From Malacoraja senta (Eukaryota), in assembly GCA_038087875.1 (NCBI GenBank), contig CM075980.1, positions 11,222,001-11,286,000 on the forward strand: DNA of 64,000 nucleotides, written 5' to 3'. Below, in pieces: positions 25,534 through 38,920 of this stretch (its first letter is position 1; the number at the start of each line of letters is the position of its first letter). The notes beneath the pieces are model-generated. The model was not told the DNA's origin, did not search any database, and saw only the letters and a program-made list of their open reading frames with translations. A program made the position numbers and the translations under genes.

Positions 25534-28500
25534 TCACAGATTGCATCCTCAATGCATTATATAGTCATAGATCTGCAAGTTAAAACTATACATCCACCTC
25601 AAGAACATTGATATAACATCGAATGTGCCTCAACCACAAGCACAGATCAGTAAGGTGACGCTAACCCAGATGTCCACCAGCATAAATGTCCACCCTGTCA
25701 ATAAAGGGTAGGTCATTTTGAATCAAAATGAAAATCTGTTCACTTATAGTGGCGAGTCTTGATTTCTCAACCATGGCTAAGGAGGTTCAGCCGTTGATTA
25801 CATTCAAAACAGAGATCGACACAGCTACTACACAAGAGGGAACATAAATTAGTCTTAGAAAATAAATGCCTACCTCCCTTGACATCACATGTGCTTAACA
25901 TACTGAACCAAGACGCTTTACCCAAAACATTGGAATGGTTCCCATCACTACTCTAACTTATCCATGTTAGCCGTGTCAAGGTTTTACGCCAATCGTTCGT
26001 CATTGCAATAAGCATTACTACCAAATTGAATGGTTTTAATCTGCATTCAGGGCCATCACTTACATCCCTTACAACTGCTGTTTGCACTTCAGCACTAGTT
26101 TAATGTTCATTGGTTTAAAAACCGTATAGTTGAATTATTTCTTTAAGCAGAGAAACAGTTCTTAGTGGTTATTTTAATGCAATAAATAAATGTTAACTGC
26201 TGAAAGATCTTCATAAGCATCCATGGTTCACCAGCATCTTTCAAGTCCATTTACATGTGCAACTTAGCAATGTTCTCCACACAAAAATAATGGTGCTTTC
26301 CAACCTTACTTTCCAAAGTCATCTTCAAGCCTTTACAGCACTCATCAGGTATGGTAGTTTGGTGTGACCATACCTACTACATTGTGGGAACTGTATTTGT
26401 GGACCCATGGGCCTCAATGACCTAGCCAGGTGAGATGGGTAAGCCAGAACAAACCCACCAACAAAACTCCTCTGGAACCACATGATGCTTGGAAGAGCCA
26501 CACACCTCCACACTCCCACTCCGCCATCCGTCAAAGCTGTCAATACTATTAATGCCTCCAATTATTCCCGTCATTGACAAACAATTACATTTTAAAAAGT
26601 CTTACAATTATTTAAGTTTGTTACTATTTTTAGAGCATTAAGGCAGTTATAAATATTACTGCTAGCCCAGTAAAGCAGGTAGATGTGGCCACATGATCCT
26701 GCTATGTTAAGGAGACAATACTCATGAACAAATTGCAAAATAACCAATCTATTTTTATCTTTCTTCCCCACAGCCTAAAATCTCCATTTAGGTGAAAAAA
26801 CTTGAATCCTGTTCTAGGTCTAAACTGGCACAGGATCCGAGAGCAGATTCTATAGTGCAAATACTAGCTAGTTGCTGCTCCACTGCTGGACGCTATGTGG
26901 GATTTATGACACATTTCGAAAAGTTGCCAAACTTACGTGGGGCCCCAGGACAACTGGCGTGGGGCCAGAGCAAAATTCAGCCCCAATTTTCTTTTGCTTG
27001 TAACTGTTAGACATACCAAACTGCATCAACATTCACATATAAATAAATAGTTGAAAAATGTCTTGTGGTGTACAACACATTTGTAAACACAGTGAAGAAT
27101 TTACAAACAACTTGAATGTACACTCACAATGCATGACATTTGGAGGATAAAAGGCAGAAACATGAAAATCTAGCTGTGCCTTGTGTAATAGGGAATATTT
27201 GCAAACATCTGCATTTACCACTATGCAACAATGCACTTCAAACCGACCCCGCTGGCTGTAACATGTTGTGTGCGCTGCTCTGAAATCTAAAAGGGGATTG
27301 TAAAAATCAGCTTCTCTTTAATCCTCCTTCGTCCACGTATACAAATTACAAGCACAGAAAAACTATCGGGGAATACACAAAACTGATGCGTCCAACTGAA
27401 CAGGCAGTAACAATACATGCATACCAAGTGCACCAAAGGAAATAGACAAAACAGACAATATGGACAGAGACAAAGGCCTATTTTATCCATATCAATAATG
27501 TAAATGATATAGAAGCAGAAACACATGCCTGAGAAAATGACATCTGGTCATGCATTGTACACGCGCACACACACTCATGGATATCCAACATGCATGCACA
27601 TGTACACAGTATAAATACACTTTGGATTTACAAGCACAATTTGTACATGTAGATATGAAGTATGGATGAGCCAAATAAGGTCAGAATTCAAGAACATGCT
27701 TTTGAGTTAAAATCATGCACAAACTGCATGTAAGGATACTCCATAAGAGATGCACATAAATCACATCCAGAACATGAAGACCATATCTTTCAAGACAGTT
27801 GCACACAGAGCATGGTACGTACATAGGAGTCCTTAAGTATGATCCAAAACACATCTACCCCTCACCCTCTTTTTAAGCATTGTGAAACGACCATTCCCTC
27901 AGTAATACCTTGGCCGACACCTCAATTACTTCTGCTTCAAAAGTCACCTTTCTATACCAGAGGTGGCACAACATCCATCCCTTTACATCACAGCCCCTGG
28001 CCCTAAACACTCCATGAAAATCCACACATTGTACTATTTTATGTGGGTAGCCTTGTATTTTTGATGATTTTTACTAGGGGTCTGCTGGCAAGGATGGTAG
28101 TTGTTTCCTATTCTTCTTTGCCCTTGAACCATGTGGTAGGCATGGCCAATTCAGATGATACAAATGAATCAGAAGGATTTTTATGACATTAAGTTATTTA
28201 AAAAATTCCAGGTGATGAATTGAATTGAAATTCTAGATTGGGATTTAGAGTAGATTCTTGATCCTGTCGTCTGAATTACCAGCCCCATAATTTAGCTGCT
28301 GCACTACCATTTCCACCTCTGGGACAGAGAAACAAAATACGGACAAGTACTCACACCGTGGAACACCTCCATTCAACTGCCAGTGTAACCATGATTCTCA
28401 TTTTAAATTACCGTTGCAATCTCATTGATCTTGAAGGCACCAAAAGTCTAAGTAATTACATGTTTTGATTAGGTACTAGACTCAAATAGAATCCAATAAT

Positions 28501-31027
28501 TTCAGACCACAACTGCTCTGATTATGCTATTGTTCTGCTAGTCCATTCCCTCTAAGCCACCTTTTGTTTAACATGTACAACTTGGACATGACCTTTGATA
28601 TCTTTACCTAAAGAAAAATATATACTTTCCATAGTGGGATTGCAAGCAAGATTCATTCCACCAGTTCAAGAGAAGACAGATTGTTTGCATGAGGCGAGAT
28701 GGAGTAGACTGGGACTGCATTTGTTAAATCTATTGAAATGTACATAATTCATACAGGATTCAATGAACGAGACTCAGGAAGGATGTTTCCCCCTGACTGA
28801 GGAATCTAGATCCTGTGTTACAGTCTCAGAATATGAGGGCGGCTATTTAGGACAGAGATGAGAATTATTTCATGCAGAGGTTAATGCTGGTTTTATTTCT
28901 CCAGCCCGGGAGGCTGGGGAGGCTCAGTAATCCGGTTCATTCGAAACAGAGATAGATTTCCTGATGATAAGAGAATCAAGGGATATGGGACCGTGCAGGA
29001 AAATGTTGCCATGGTAAATTAGCCATGATCTCAATGAAAAGGACCAAATCAGAGCACATTTAGGCCAGCCAACCTTCTGTTGGTCCTGCTCTCTTTTATG
29101 TTCTGTGCTTGTTACCTCCGGCACACCTTCCATCATCGGAAAGTCATATTATGGAAATACTCCTTCACAACTCTTTAAAAGAGGTGCAAGGAACTGCAGA
29201 TGCTGGAATCTTGAGCAAAAAAACAAAGTGCTGGAGTAACTCAGCAGGTCAGGCAGCATTTGTGGAGGGAATGGACAGGCAACGTTTTGGGTTGGGACCC
29301 TTTCTCATACCTCTTTAAAAGAGGTATTCAATTACTTCTATTTCCCCGCTCTTTCCAATTCTTTTTGGACACCATTGGCTCACACTCATCCTACTTTCAG
29401 GACAACTCTGATTCTTTTGGCAATTGTTGTATTTTTCTACCACTGAAAGAACTTCACCTTGGTTATTTCATTAAATGTTTCATGAATCAGAATGCACCTT
29501 TGCTATCTGAAAGAGACCATTTCCAGTTTCTTCACATAACTAAATCTATCCTATGTACATTTCTAGTAGTTCTCTTTTGTATGCTGCTTAAAGTGCCAAA
29601 AGCCCAGAATTAACCACGATACTCCAACTGGAAGTATGCAAAATATAAAATTAAATCATGTATATGCAGACACATACTTCAGTGTAGTGCCCACATAACC
29701 ATAACAGACAGCTTCCAGACCAATTTCAGTTACATACACTCAAACAAAAATGAATATTACCAGGCAGGCTCTTGGTTAAAACTTACAAACACACAAAGTG
29801 GGTGCAATGGATGCAAAAAGCAGGTGGAAGATGCACATTGTAGGAATGCTCATGCAAAGGTGCATGTTTTCTATGCTGGTAGTACACACAGGGACAACTG
29901 ACAAACTGATATTGTAACCTGCACCACATTTTGCAGTAATTTCTGTGTTTTAATACATAATCGTCATCACGAACAGTCGCATAACCAAATGCCACAAGAT
30001 TTCAGATATTTTAAGATACACCTTTTAACAGATGGGAGTCCACAATATAACATATAAAACAGGCCTTCTCCTTTGATATAATGACCAGCTTGTACACAAA
30101 TAAATGATATACTTTCTTTAAAACTGTCAGTAAATGGTAATCTCAAAACAAAAGTTATTAAGTTACTTTTTATCCTACATACCATTTAAAAAAACAATGT
30201 CATCCACTATTCCTAATCAAGCATTTGCCTGGTCAGGTTATCACAGGTTACCTGTGATTACCTGATCACCTGTAATCCAGTGTGAAACTGCCTGTGCAGT
30301 GACCAATGTGGCATTATCCCATAGTAAGCGTTTTTCATTCTTGCACCAGGTGACCTTTCCATATCCTGCTGCACCAACCATCCCCATAAGCATTAGACTC
30401 TTAATTTAGTGGCAATTAGTTCTCCTCTAGACAGTCTTGTGCTGCAGATTCCACCCACACTGAATGCATTCTGAACTCTCATAGCTGGAGGCAGTTCATT
30501 ATCCTATCCACATAAGAGAGATCTCTATGCTGAATGAGGCAATGACTGGCTGGTGTGTTATAAGGTGGAACAGGGGCCACCTTATAACACCAAGGTGCAG
30601 GATGTTAATGTTTGGGGAAAAGGGCACGTCCATTTCAGGCACCCAACGTCAACATTAAGTATAGAATGATCAAGCGTAAACTTTTTTATATTTCTTCAAT
30701 TTGTACTCTCGGATTGTAACATGGGGCACATATAGCCATATTCCAGTCTTATTATTGCATTCCACACTCACGAATCATGACATTTTTCAGCCGCCTTGCA
30801 GCTTCTCAGGTGGAGTTGTTAAATTAGCAATAAAACAGGGTGTCCCAACTGGTATCCAATTGCACAAACTCATTCCAAGGGCTCTCACATCGGTAGTGGA
30901 AATTCCAATTGTTTTTTTTCCCTCCGACACAACTACATGGATCTGGTCTCCCCTATAATTTCTAACCTTCCATTTTAAAATGCAAGACCACCCTCCCCTC
31001 CACCCCAGTACAAGATGTACTGTTGGA

Positions 31028-32077
31028 TTTATTTTACCACAGGGCATCAACTGTGTGCTGTTTAGAAAAAGACATTATCACATACCAAGCTCATGCCTTC
31101 TACGTTGAAGGGCTGAGATATTAACACGCGTTAAGCCAATGCACATGATTGACAGATATTAAAAACACCGTTCATTCACCTTACCTTATTTCACAATTTA
31201 TTTAGTTACTTTTTTTCCATTATTTACCTGCCCCACCCCTCCCCATCATAGTAGAAGGCTAATTATCATCCAACATGATAAATTCATCAGCCAAAAACTC
31301 TGGACCCATTTTTTAAATATAAATAGTGGAGTAGTTACTTGATGATTTAAAAAAACTCCAAATGAGGTCTCCAATTCCATTCATAAAATTGTCTAGCACA
31401 ATTAGCAAGCCAATGTCCCTTTCTCCCTCCATTGCAGTTGCTTTCCATATTTACCCCACCTCTTCCCCAACCGCAAACGATGAATCAGATAACAACAGTG
31501 CGAGTCTAACAGCGGAAATGGTGCAAAACTGGAAGCAGCTAGTGGCCACCGTGTATCAACATTAGTCAGCAGCTTGGATCCAAAAATATTTACTTATTAA
31601 AAATCAAAATAGAAGATAGAATGAAGGTGCTTCATGATTTCTTGGCATCTGAAAGTATTAGGCGAAGCGATGAGGAAAGGGGTGGCATTAAAGCTGTACA
31701 TTATGTACAGGGTTTTTAAATCCCTTAAGCGAGACAAGTCACTCATTTATTTTCTCTGTAGATCCATACAAATCAAATGGAATGAGATGATCTGCTCCAA
31801 TCTTGGCACTGAGCTCCATTGCCGCAGTCACTTTCAATGGAAAAATAATAATTCGGAAATTGAAATATAGGAGCAACAGCACCGAGCCAACAAGACTCCA
31901 CATCTGCTCTCAAACATTATCCTCCCAGGGCTCGGGGTGAGGGTGTGGGTGAGGGGAGAGTTGTGGGGCAGAGGTGGGGTGGGGATGTAAAAGAACGTTT
32001 GTTTCTGAATTTATGATATACAAGTCCGAGTGAAAGGGACTGTTCATTGCAAAGAAGTCCGTTTATTTTGTTCCTCG
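31028..32077 (-). other. RAB35: RAB35 3'UTR (minimum extent) with candidate poly(A) signals
   Basis: No recognisable repeats after the stop; minus-strand AATAAA at 32062-67, 31746-51, 31197-202 and 31028-33. The true 3' end cannot be determined from sequence. Confidence 0.55.
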
Positions 32078-32206
32078 TTAGCAACACTTCCTCTTCTTTT
32101 TACTGTTTTTGGACAGTTTGATGACATCATTCTGCTGCTGTTGCTGCTGTTTGGCTAAGTTTTCTTTCTTGGCACGCAGCACGAGCTCTGTGATGCAGTT
32201 GAACAT
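32078..32206 (-). CDS. RAB35: RAB35 exon 6, coding part (MFNCITELVLRAKKENLAKQQQQQQNDVIKLSKNSKKKRKCC*)
   Basis: Q6 tract, polybasic tail and CC prenylation motif diagnostic of Rab35; TAA at 32078-32080. Confidence 0.97.
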   Translation of the reverse strand: MFNCITELVLRAKKENLAKQQQQQQNDVIKLSKNSKKKRKCC

Positions 32207-32242
32207 CTGAAAGCAAAAGCAGACGGTGAGCTTGGACCACAG

Positions 32243-32630
32243 CTTTACAAGGATGTTGCCAGGACACGAGGGTCTGGGCTATAGAGAGAGGTTGAGCAGG
32301 CTGGGTCTAGTCTTTTACCCAGAGTAGGGGAATCGAGAATCAAAGGACATAAGTTTAAGGTGAGAGGGGAAAGATTTAAAGGAACCTGAGCGATTCCTAT
32401 TAAATCTTTTACACAAGGGTGGTGAATGTATGGAACAAGCTGCCGGAGGAGGTAGTTGAGGCAGGTACTATCGCAACGTTTAAGAAACATTTAGACAGGG
32501 ACATGGATAGGACAGGTTTAGAGGGATATTGGCCAAACGCAGGCAGGCGGGACTAATGTAGATGGGTCATGTTAGTCGGTGTGGGCATGTTGGGCCGAAG
32601 GGCCTGTTACCATGCTGTAAAACTCTACGA
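32243..32630 (+). mobile_element. CR1 LINE 3' fragment in RAB35 intron 5
   Basis: Typical CR1 3' region ending GGGCCGAAGGGCCTGTT. Confidence 0.75.
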
Positions 32631-32701
32631 AGCTCCTAGAAGGAACTGACAGATGAGAAGACCCAAATTATTCACATAACCCCATCTAAGGCAATGCCTA
32701 C

Positions 32702-32826
32702 CTCTTCGACGTTGAGGTTCTCCTTTGCACTGGTTTCAAAAAGTTGAATGCCCATCTGTTCTGCAAATTTTTGTGCATCGTTGGTCTCTACTACTTTGCG
32801 TGCAGGATCGTCATTCTTGTTGCCCA
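32702..32826 (-). CDS. RAB35: RAB35 exon 5 (VGNKNDDPARKVVETNDAQKFAEQMGIQLFETSAKENLNVEE)
   Basis: G4 NKxD and G5 ETSAK motifs; cag acceptor, gtaggc donor; 125 nt. Confidence 0.97.
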
Positions 32827-33224
32827 CTGCAATAGAAGCAAAAGATTTGATAACAACAGATCTGGTGGGAATTGGGTAAGACAGTAACTTACAGATGTAA
32901 ATGAGTGTGGGGAAGAGGTGCAAGTGAATGGGTGAAATAGGAGATGAATGGAGGGAGTTAGGAATATATGAATGGAAGGGAGAAAAAAAAAGTTCAATGA
33001 CACAGTGGGGAGGGAGGGGGAAACCAGTCTTTGGTGAACAAAATGTGTATTTACAGACACACCAAAGTGGTCGGTGGGGGTTTAATCACAAATAAAATGT
33101 AGATCCGCCCATGAATGGAGATTACACATGGCCTGCATTTTCTTCCAGTTAAACAATATCACCGTTTTTATAGCGACTAGAGAAGGGGCTGTACTCCACT
33201 TCCTCTAGGAAATAAGGCTAGCAA

Positions 33225-34446
33225 GTGGCTAAGGGGAAGCCATGCTTGACTAATCTGGAATTTTTTGAGGATGTAACAAGTAGAATGGATAAGGGAGAGC
33301 CAATGGATGTGATGTACCTGGACTTTCAGAAATCCTTTGACAAGGTCCTACACAAGAGATTAGTGTGCAAAATTAGAGCACATGGTATTGGGGGTAGGGT
33401 ATTGACATGGATAGAGAACTGGTTGGCAGACAGGAACCAAAGAGTAGGAATTAACGGGTCCATTCAGAATGGCAGGCAGTAACTAGTGGGGTACCGCAAG
33501 GCTCATTGCTGGGACCCCAGTTATTTACAATATATATTAACGATTTAGATGAGGGAATTAAATGTAACATCTCCAAGTTTGCGGATGACACAAAGCTGGG
33601 TGGCAGTGTGAGCTGGGAGGAGGATGTTATGAGGCTATAGGGTGACTTGGATAGGTTGGGTGAGTGGGCAGATGCATGGCAGATGCAGTATAAAGGGGAA
33701 AAATGTGAGGTTATCCACTTTGGTGGCAAGAACAAGAAGACAGATTATTATCTGAATGGTGTCAGATTAGGAAAAGGGGAGCTGCAACAAGACCTGAGTG
33801 TCCTTGTATACCAGTCACTGAAAGTAAGCATGCAGGTACATGCAGCAGGCAGTGATGAAAGCAAATAGCATGTTGGCCTTCATCGTGAGATGATTTGAGT
33901 ATAGGAGCAAGGAGGTCTTACTGCAGTTGTACAGGGCCCTGGTGAGACCACACCTGGAGTATTGTGTGCAGTTTCGGCCTCCTAATTTGAGGAAGGACAT
34001 CCTTGCTATTGAGAGATTGCAGCATAGGTTCACCAGGTTAATTCACGGGATGGCGGGATGAGAGGGGATCTTATAAAAACATATAAAATTCTTAAGTGAT
34101 TGGACAGGCTAGATGCAGGAAAAATGTTCCCGATGTTGGGGGAGTCTAGAACTAGGGGTCACAGTTTAAGAATAAGAGGTGGACCATTTAGGACTGTGAT
34201 GAAGAAAAACCTTTTCACCCAGAGAGTTGTGAATCTGTGGAATTCTCTGCCACAGAAGGCAGTGGAGGCAAATTCACTAGATGTCTTCAAGAACGAGTTA
34301 TATATAGCTCTTAGGGCTAACAGAATCAAGGGATATGGGGAAAAGCAGGAACGGGTTACTGATTTTGGATGATCAGCCATGATCATATTGAATGGCTGTG
34401 CTGGCTTGAAGGGCCGAATGGCCTACTCCTGCACCTATTTTCTATG
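33225..34446 (+). mobile_element. CR1 (HER1-like) LINE, RT to 3' end, 5'-truncated
   Basis: CLTNLEFFEDVT...YLDFQKSFDKV, GVPQGS, FADDTK, FTQRVVNLWNSLP; ends TTCTATG; same subfamily as 4891-6560. Confidence 0.92.
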
Positions 34447-34476
34447 ATAAGTCAGTGGGGGAGCACTCTGGGAGAC

Positions 34477-34583
34477 AGGTTCATTTGCACCTCTTCCAAC
34501 CTTGTCTATTATACCTGGTGGCCCTGATGTGACCTCCTCTACACTGACAAGAGCAGGCGCAGACTAGCCAACAGTTTCACCGA
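34477..34583 (+). pseudogene. Remnant of a Penelope-like GIY-YIG endonuclease
   Basis: Translates as RFICTSSNLVYYTWWP*CDLLYTDKSRRRLANSF, a decayed match to the PLE pattern C.S.N.IY...C..C...YIGET.R.L..RF. Confidence 0.6.
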
Positions 34584-34589
34584 TGAATG

Positions 34590-35620
34590 AATTGGACACA
34601 AAGTTAGTTTGGTGGTAGAAGGCAGAGGGTGGTAAAAGTGTGTTTACCCAATTGGAGGGCTGTGGCTAGTGATGTGGTGCAAGGATCAGTGTAGAGTACC
34701 CTGTTGTTATATAAATTATTTGGGTGAGAATGTAGCTCGCAAGAGTAGTAAGTATTCAGTTGAGACCAAAAAATTGGTGATGGTTATCTAAGTGACAGTG
34801 AAGGTTATCTAGGTTACCACATCAATTGGGAAAACAGGCAAAGAAATGGTGGAACTTAACTCGGCCAAGTGTGAAGTGATGCATCATGGAAAGCTAAACC
34901 AGGCCAGGGCACACAGAGTGCATGGCAGAGTCCTGGATATAGTTCAACAGAGATCAAGGGGTACAAGTGCATAGTTCCCTAAAAGTGGCAGCACTGATAA
35001 ACAAGCTGAAGATGGGATATGGTGTGCTTGCCTTCATTAGCCATTGTATTGAGTACCGAATGTGGGTCATCATGTTACAGCAGTACACAATGTTGGTTAG
35101 GCTACACTTGTGGTACTCTTTGTGGCTTTGATTGTCATGCTCGAGGAAGGATGTGATTAAGCTAGAGAGGGTTCAGTGATTCACAGGAATGTTGCCTGGA
35201 CGAGCGGGCTTGCGTTATAAAGGAGAGATTCGAGAGATTGGGACTGTATTCCCTGGGGTAAGGGATGTTGAGGGATGACATGAGTGAGGTTTATAAAATG
35301 ATAAGGGGCACAGATAAGTGTAGATGGCTACAGTTTTTTTTCCTGGGGTAGGGGTGTCTTAAACTAGAGGACATAGGTGGAAAGTGAGAGGGGAAGATTT
35401 AAAGGGGATCTGAGGGGAATGTTTTTCCATGGTGGGAATATGGAATGAGCTGCCAGAGGAGAGATGGTAGCAGGAACAAATACAAAATTGAAAGAACATT
35501 TGGTCCAGTAGATTTAGAAGGATGTGGGCCAGACACAGGCAAATAGGATTAGATTAGATAGGCACCTTGGCCGACATGGAAGAGTTGGATTAAAGAGGCC
35601 GTTTCTGTGCTTTATAATCG
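34590..35620 (+). mobile_element. Older degenerate CR1 LINE fragment
   Basis: Diverged RT C-terminal region and 3' tail. Confidence 0.7.
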
Positions 35621-38560
35621 TGAATTTGTAACAGCAAAGTCTTCAACACATTTAACTGCAATCACTTGATCTTCCATGTCCTCTGGCTCCATTAGCACCC
35701 CTTCTTCCCCCTCGCCCCCCTACCCCTATTAGCCCTTAACTGATTCACCTTTATACTCATCAACTTGATTAAAGACCGAAACACGAGAGCTGTAGATGCT
35801 GGAATTGAGCAAAAACAAATTGCAGGAGGAACTCAATGGGTCAGATAGCATCTGTGTATGGAAATGGACAGACGATCTTTTGGGTCAGGACCTTCCATCC
35901 TCCAGCCGCTTCATTTCTTAAATAATTTTGGTTTTACTTTTATGTTAACCATTATGCTATTCTAATACTCATTTTCTGTTTATTTTCTGTCAGCTACTGT
36001 GTGTCTGGTATTTATCATGAAGATCCCCTTTTCCATTTTACGTTTATCTCTGTACATCCAGGAAACCCTTTGCAAGTCATTCCTCATCTCTTGCAATGGC
36101 ACTTCACAAATTCCCAAACGCAAAACTAGGCTCACTGTCAGACCATCCCATTATTCTGATGTACACCTCCTCTCGATCCATCTTGTGTTTCTTTAGTCTC
36201 ATTACTTCCCCTTTTGCCTAGCATCATATCCCCATAATTTAATCTCTCCAGCTTTCCACTTTATCGCAGATCTTCCCGTTTCTTCTTTCCTACCAGATCC
36301 TTTTCTGTGCAACTTAAAACTGGTTACATTTTTAATTATTTTCCATTGTAATAAAACAATCAGCACTTGAAATGTTACACCTGCTTTTCCCGCCACAGAT
36401 GCTTCCTGACAATTAGCATTTCTATCATTTCCTACTTTTAGGAAATGGCAACAGAACCGAGGGGAAGCTGTCCTTAACTATGTAGTACGAGTGGGAATAC
36501 TCAAAAAACTGATTCACAAATAGTTCCTGGAAGAGCTTTGGATAAATACACATATGAAAAAATTTCCAGAGCCACGAGAGAAAGCGATGAGTGGAACTCC
36601 TTTTATTAGCACAAGCTGGTGAGCAAAATGGCCACCGTCTGAGATATATCATTTTGTTTCTGTTCCATAATTGACAAAATGTTCATAATTGAACAATAAC
36701 CTGGCAAAGTTTTCCCGAATGGAAGCAATATTTTTTAAATAGTGAAAGCTAAGAAAATTCAAAATTACAATTTACAAAATTAAAATGAAGGGCTGAGAAA
36801 GCTGTCAAATAATTTAACACAGTGATCTTTAACCTTTTGGACCTAGGTTTACTTCTGGCCCAGACCAGACAAAGACCTTCTGTTCAGTGTCAGTCTGTGT
36901 GAGCTGATATGGAACACGCTCAATGCAGTCCCTCGAACTATGAAAGTTGCAAATGCCAATAACTCAGTGTAGATGATAATCTTATCTACATTACACTTGA
37001 GTACAAAGTGAAATGACTGTTGAAGAAAGCACACTTTGAAACTGTGCTCAAGCTCGCTGTTGCTGTGGAATTCTAGGCAGGCAGGAGGGAAGGGGGTGTC
37101 GAAGAATTTGTATTGATGCACCAGCTTGGAGTGCTGGATCATGACACCCACAGCCAATTCATTGTGCTATCTTTGATAATATAATAAAAACAAAGTTAGA
37201 GCAGAAATGACTCCCAGATTACAACCGATAACACCATTGCGGGGATTTTCTGCACCTAACTCATGCCGTGCTGCAGCAGAATGAGAGACCCAACAATAAA
37301 ACACTTGAAGATCAATCCCCTTTCTGTTTTGTCATTAGGACTAAAATGGCTGGATGGAATTTTTTGAGCAACTTATTGGTAGATAATTCTGAAATTAGAC
37401 AAACAGATTACACAATCAAGATTTGCAGAGTGCAATATATGCAAATTAACAGGTTCCCTGAATTTAAATTTATTTGTGGCCTTGAGTAGTGCCTTTATAT
37501 GGCAAAAATGCAGGGCTGCCAACTCTCGCGCATCGAGCGTGAGACTCACGCATTTGACGAAATTCTCACGCTCTCACGTTGATGACAGAAGTTCTCACGT
37601 TCACATTCACATTCCTGTGCAGATGGTGTGATAGGTGAGACACGGCGGTGGTCCCAGCACCGCTCACACCTCCCACCCTCACCTCCGGTGGCTCTGTCCA
37701 CACCACATGGAGTTTTAACCCCGGCCCGGAGTGGGGGCGCGGTGCCGCCTCCAGAGCCGAGATGAATCTCGGGCTATAGATCCGCTCCGATGCCCGACCC
37801 CGGGGTCACTGTCCCTCACCTCCCCTGGACCCCAGCTGGACACAGAGCACCTAGGCCGGCCCGCATTCCCGCGGAGGGGGGGAGAGAGGGAAATGCTCCC
37901 CGGACATCACCAAGTCTCCGCTCACTCCGGGTGTTGTCACCGCTTCATTGATCCACACTATCACACACACCCTTACACACACACTGGCACACACAAGGTT
38001 TAATGGGATTTGGGCCAAATGCGGATAAGATGGGGCATGTTGATCTGCATGGACAAGTTGGGATGAAGGGCCTGTTTGCATGCTGTAAGACTATGACACA
38101 CTGTAGATAAGGTGCAATTGCTCTGGAGAGGATCCAGGGGCGATTTATGAACATATTGGCAGGGCTGGAATTTTTGTTTCACTTTGAAGAAAGATTTGAT
38201 AACTGGAATTGTATTCTCTGCAGCAACGGAGGTGAAGAAAAGACTTAGTTGAGGTGAATAATATTATGAGAATAGGACCTGTTTCGCTTAACAAAGTGTG
38301 TAAGAAGGAACTGCAGATGGTGGTTTAAACTGAAGATAAATACTAAAAGCTGGAATAACTCAGCAGGACAGGCATCTCTGGAGAGAAAGAATAGGTGATG
38401 TTTCAGGTCAAGACCTTCAGACTGAAGCGGTTGAAAACCAGCAATAAAACACAATGACTGGAGATGTGTGTTATCCAACTAAGGGCAGAAATCAGAATCA
38501 TGTGTTCATCTTTATTGACGTGACACCATAATAAATATATTACAGAAAAAAAAAGTTAAT

Positions 38561-38920
38561 GGGGTGGCATGGTGGTGCATCGGTAGAGTTGCTGCACCAC
38601 AGATTGAGATTTGATCCTGACTACTCCTGGCGGTGTCTGTACAGTATTTATACATTCTCCTTATGACCACATGGTTTACTGTGGAAGTTCCGGTTTCTCC
38701 CACATCTGAAAGAAGTGCAGGTTTGTAGGGTTTCGGCCCGAAACGTTACCTATTTCCTTCGCTCCATAGATGCTGCTGCACCCGCTGAGTTTCTCCAGCA
38801 TTTTTGTGTACCTCAGGTTTGTAGGTTAATTGGCTTCTGTAAATTGTCCCTGGCGTGTAGGACACAACTGGTGTATGATAGATTGCTGGTCGGTGTCGAC
38901 TTGGTGGGCCGAAGGGCCTG
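38561..38920 (+). mobile_element. HE1-type SINE containing a nested 84-bp insertion
   Basis: Similar to 11883-12183; interrupted at 38730-38813. Confidence 0.8.
38730..38813 (+). mobile_element. 84-bp Penelope-like 3'-end insertion
   Basis: TSD CAGGTTTGTAGG at 38718-29 and 38814-25. Confidence 0.8.
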
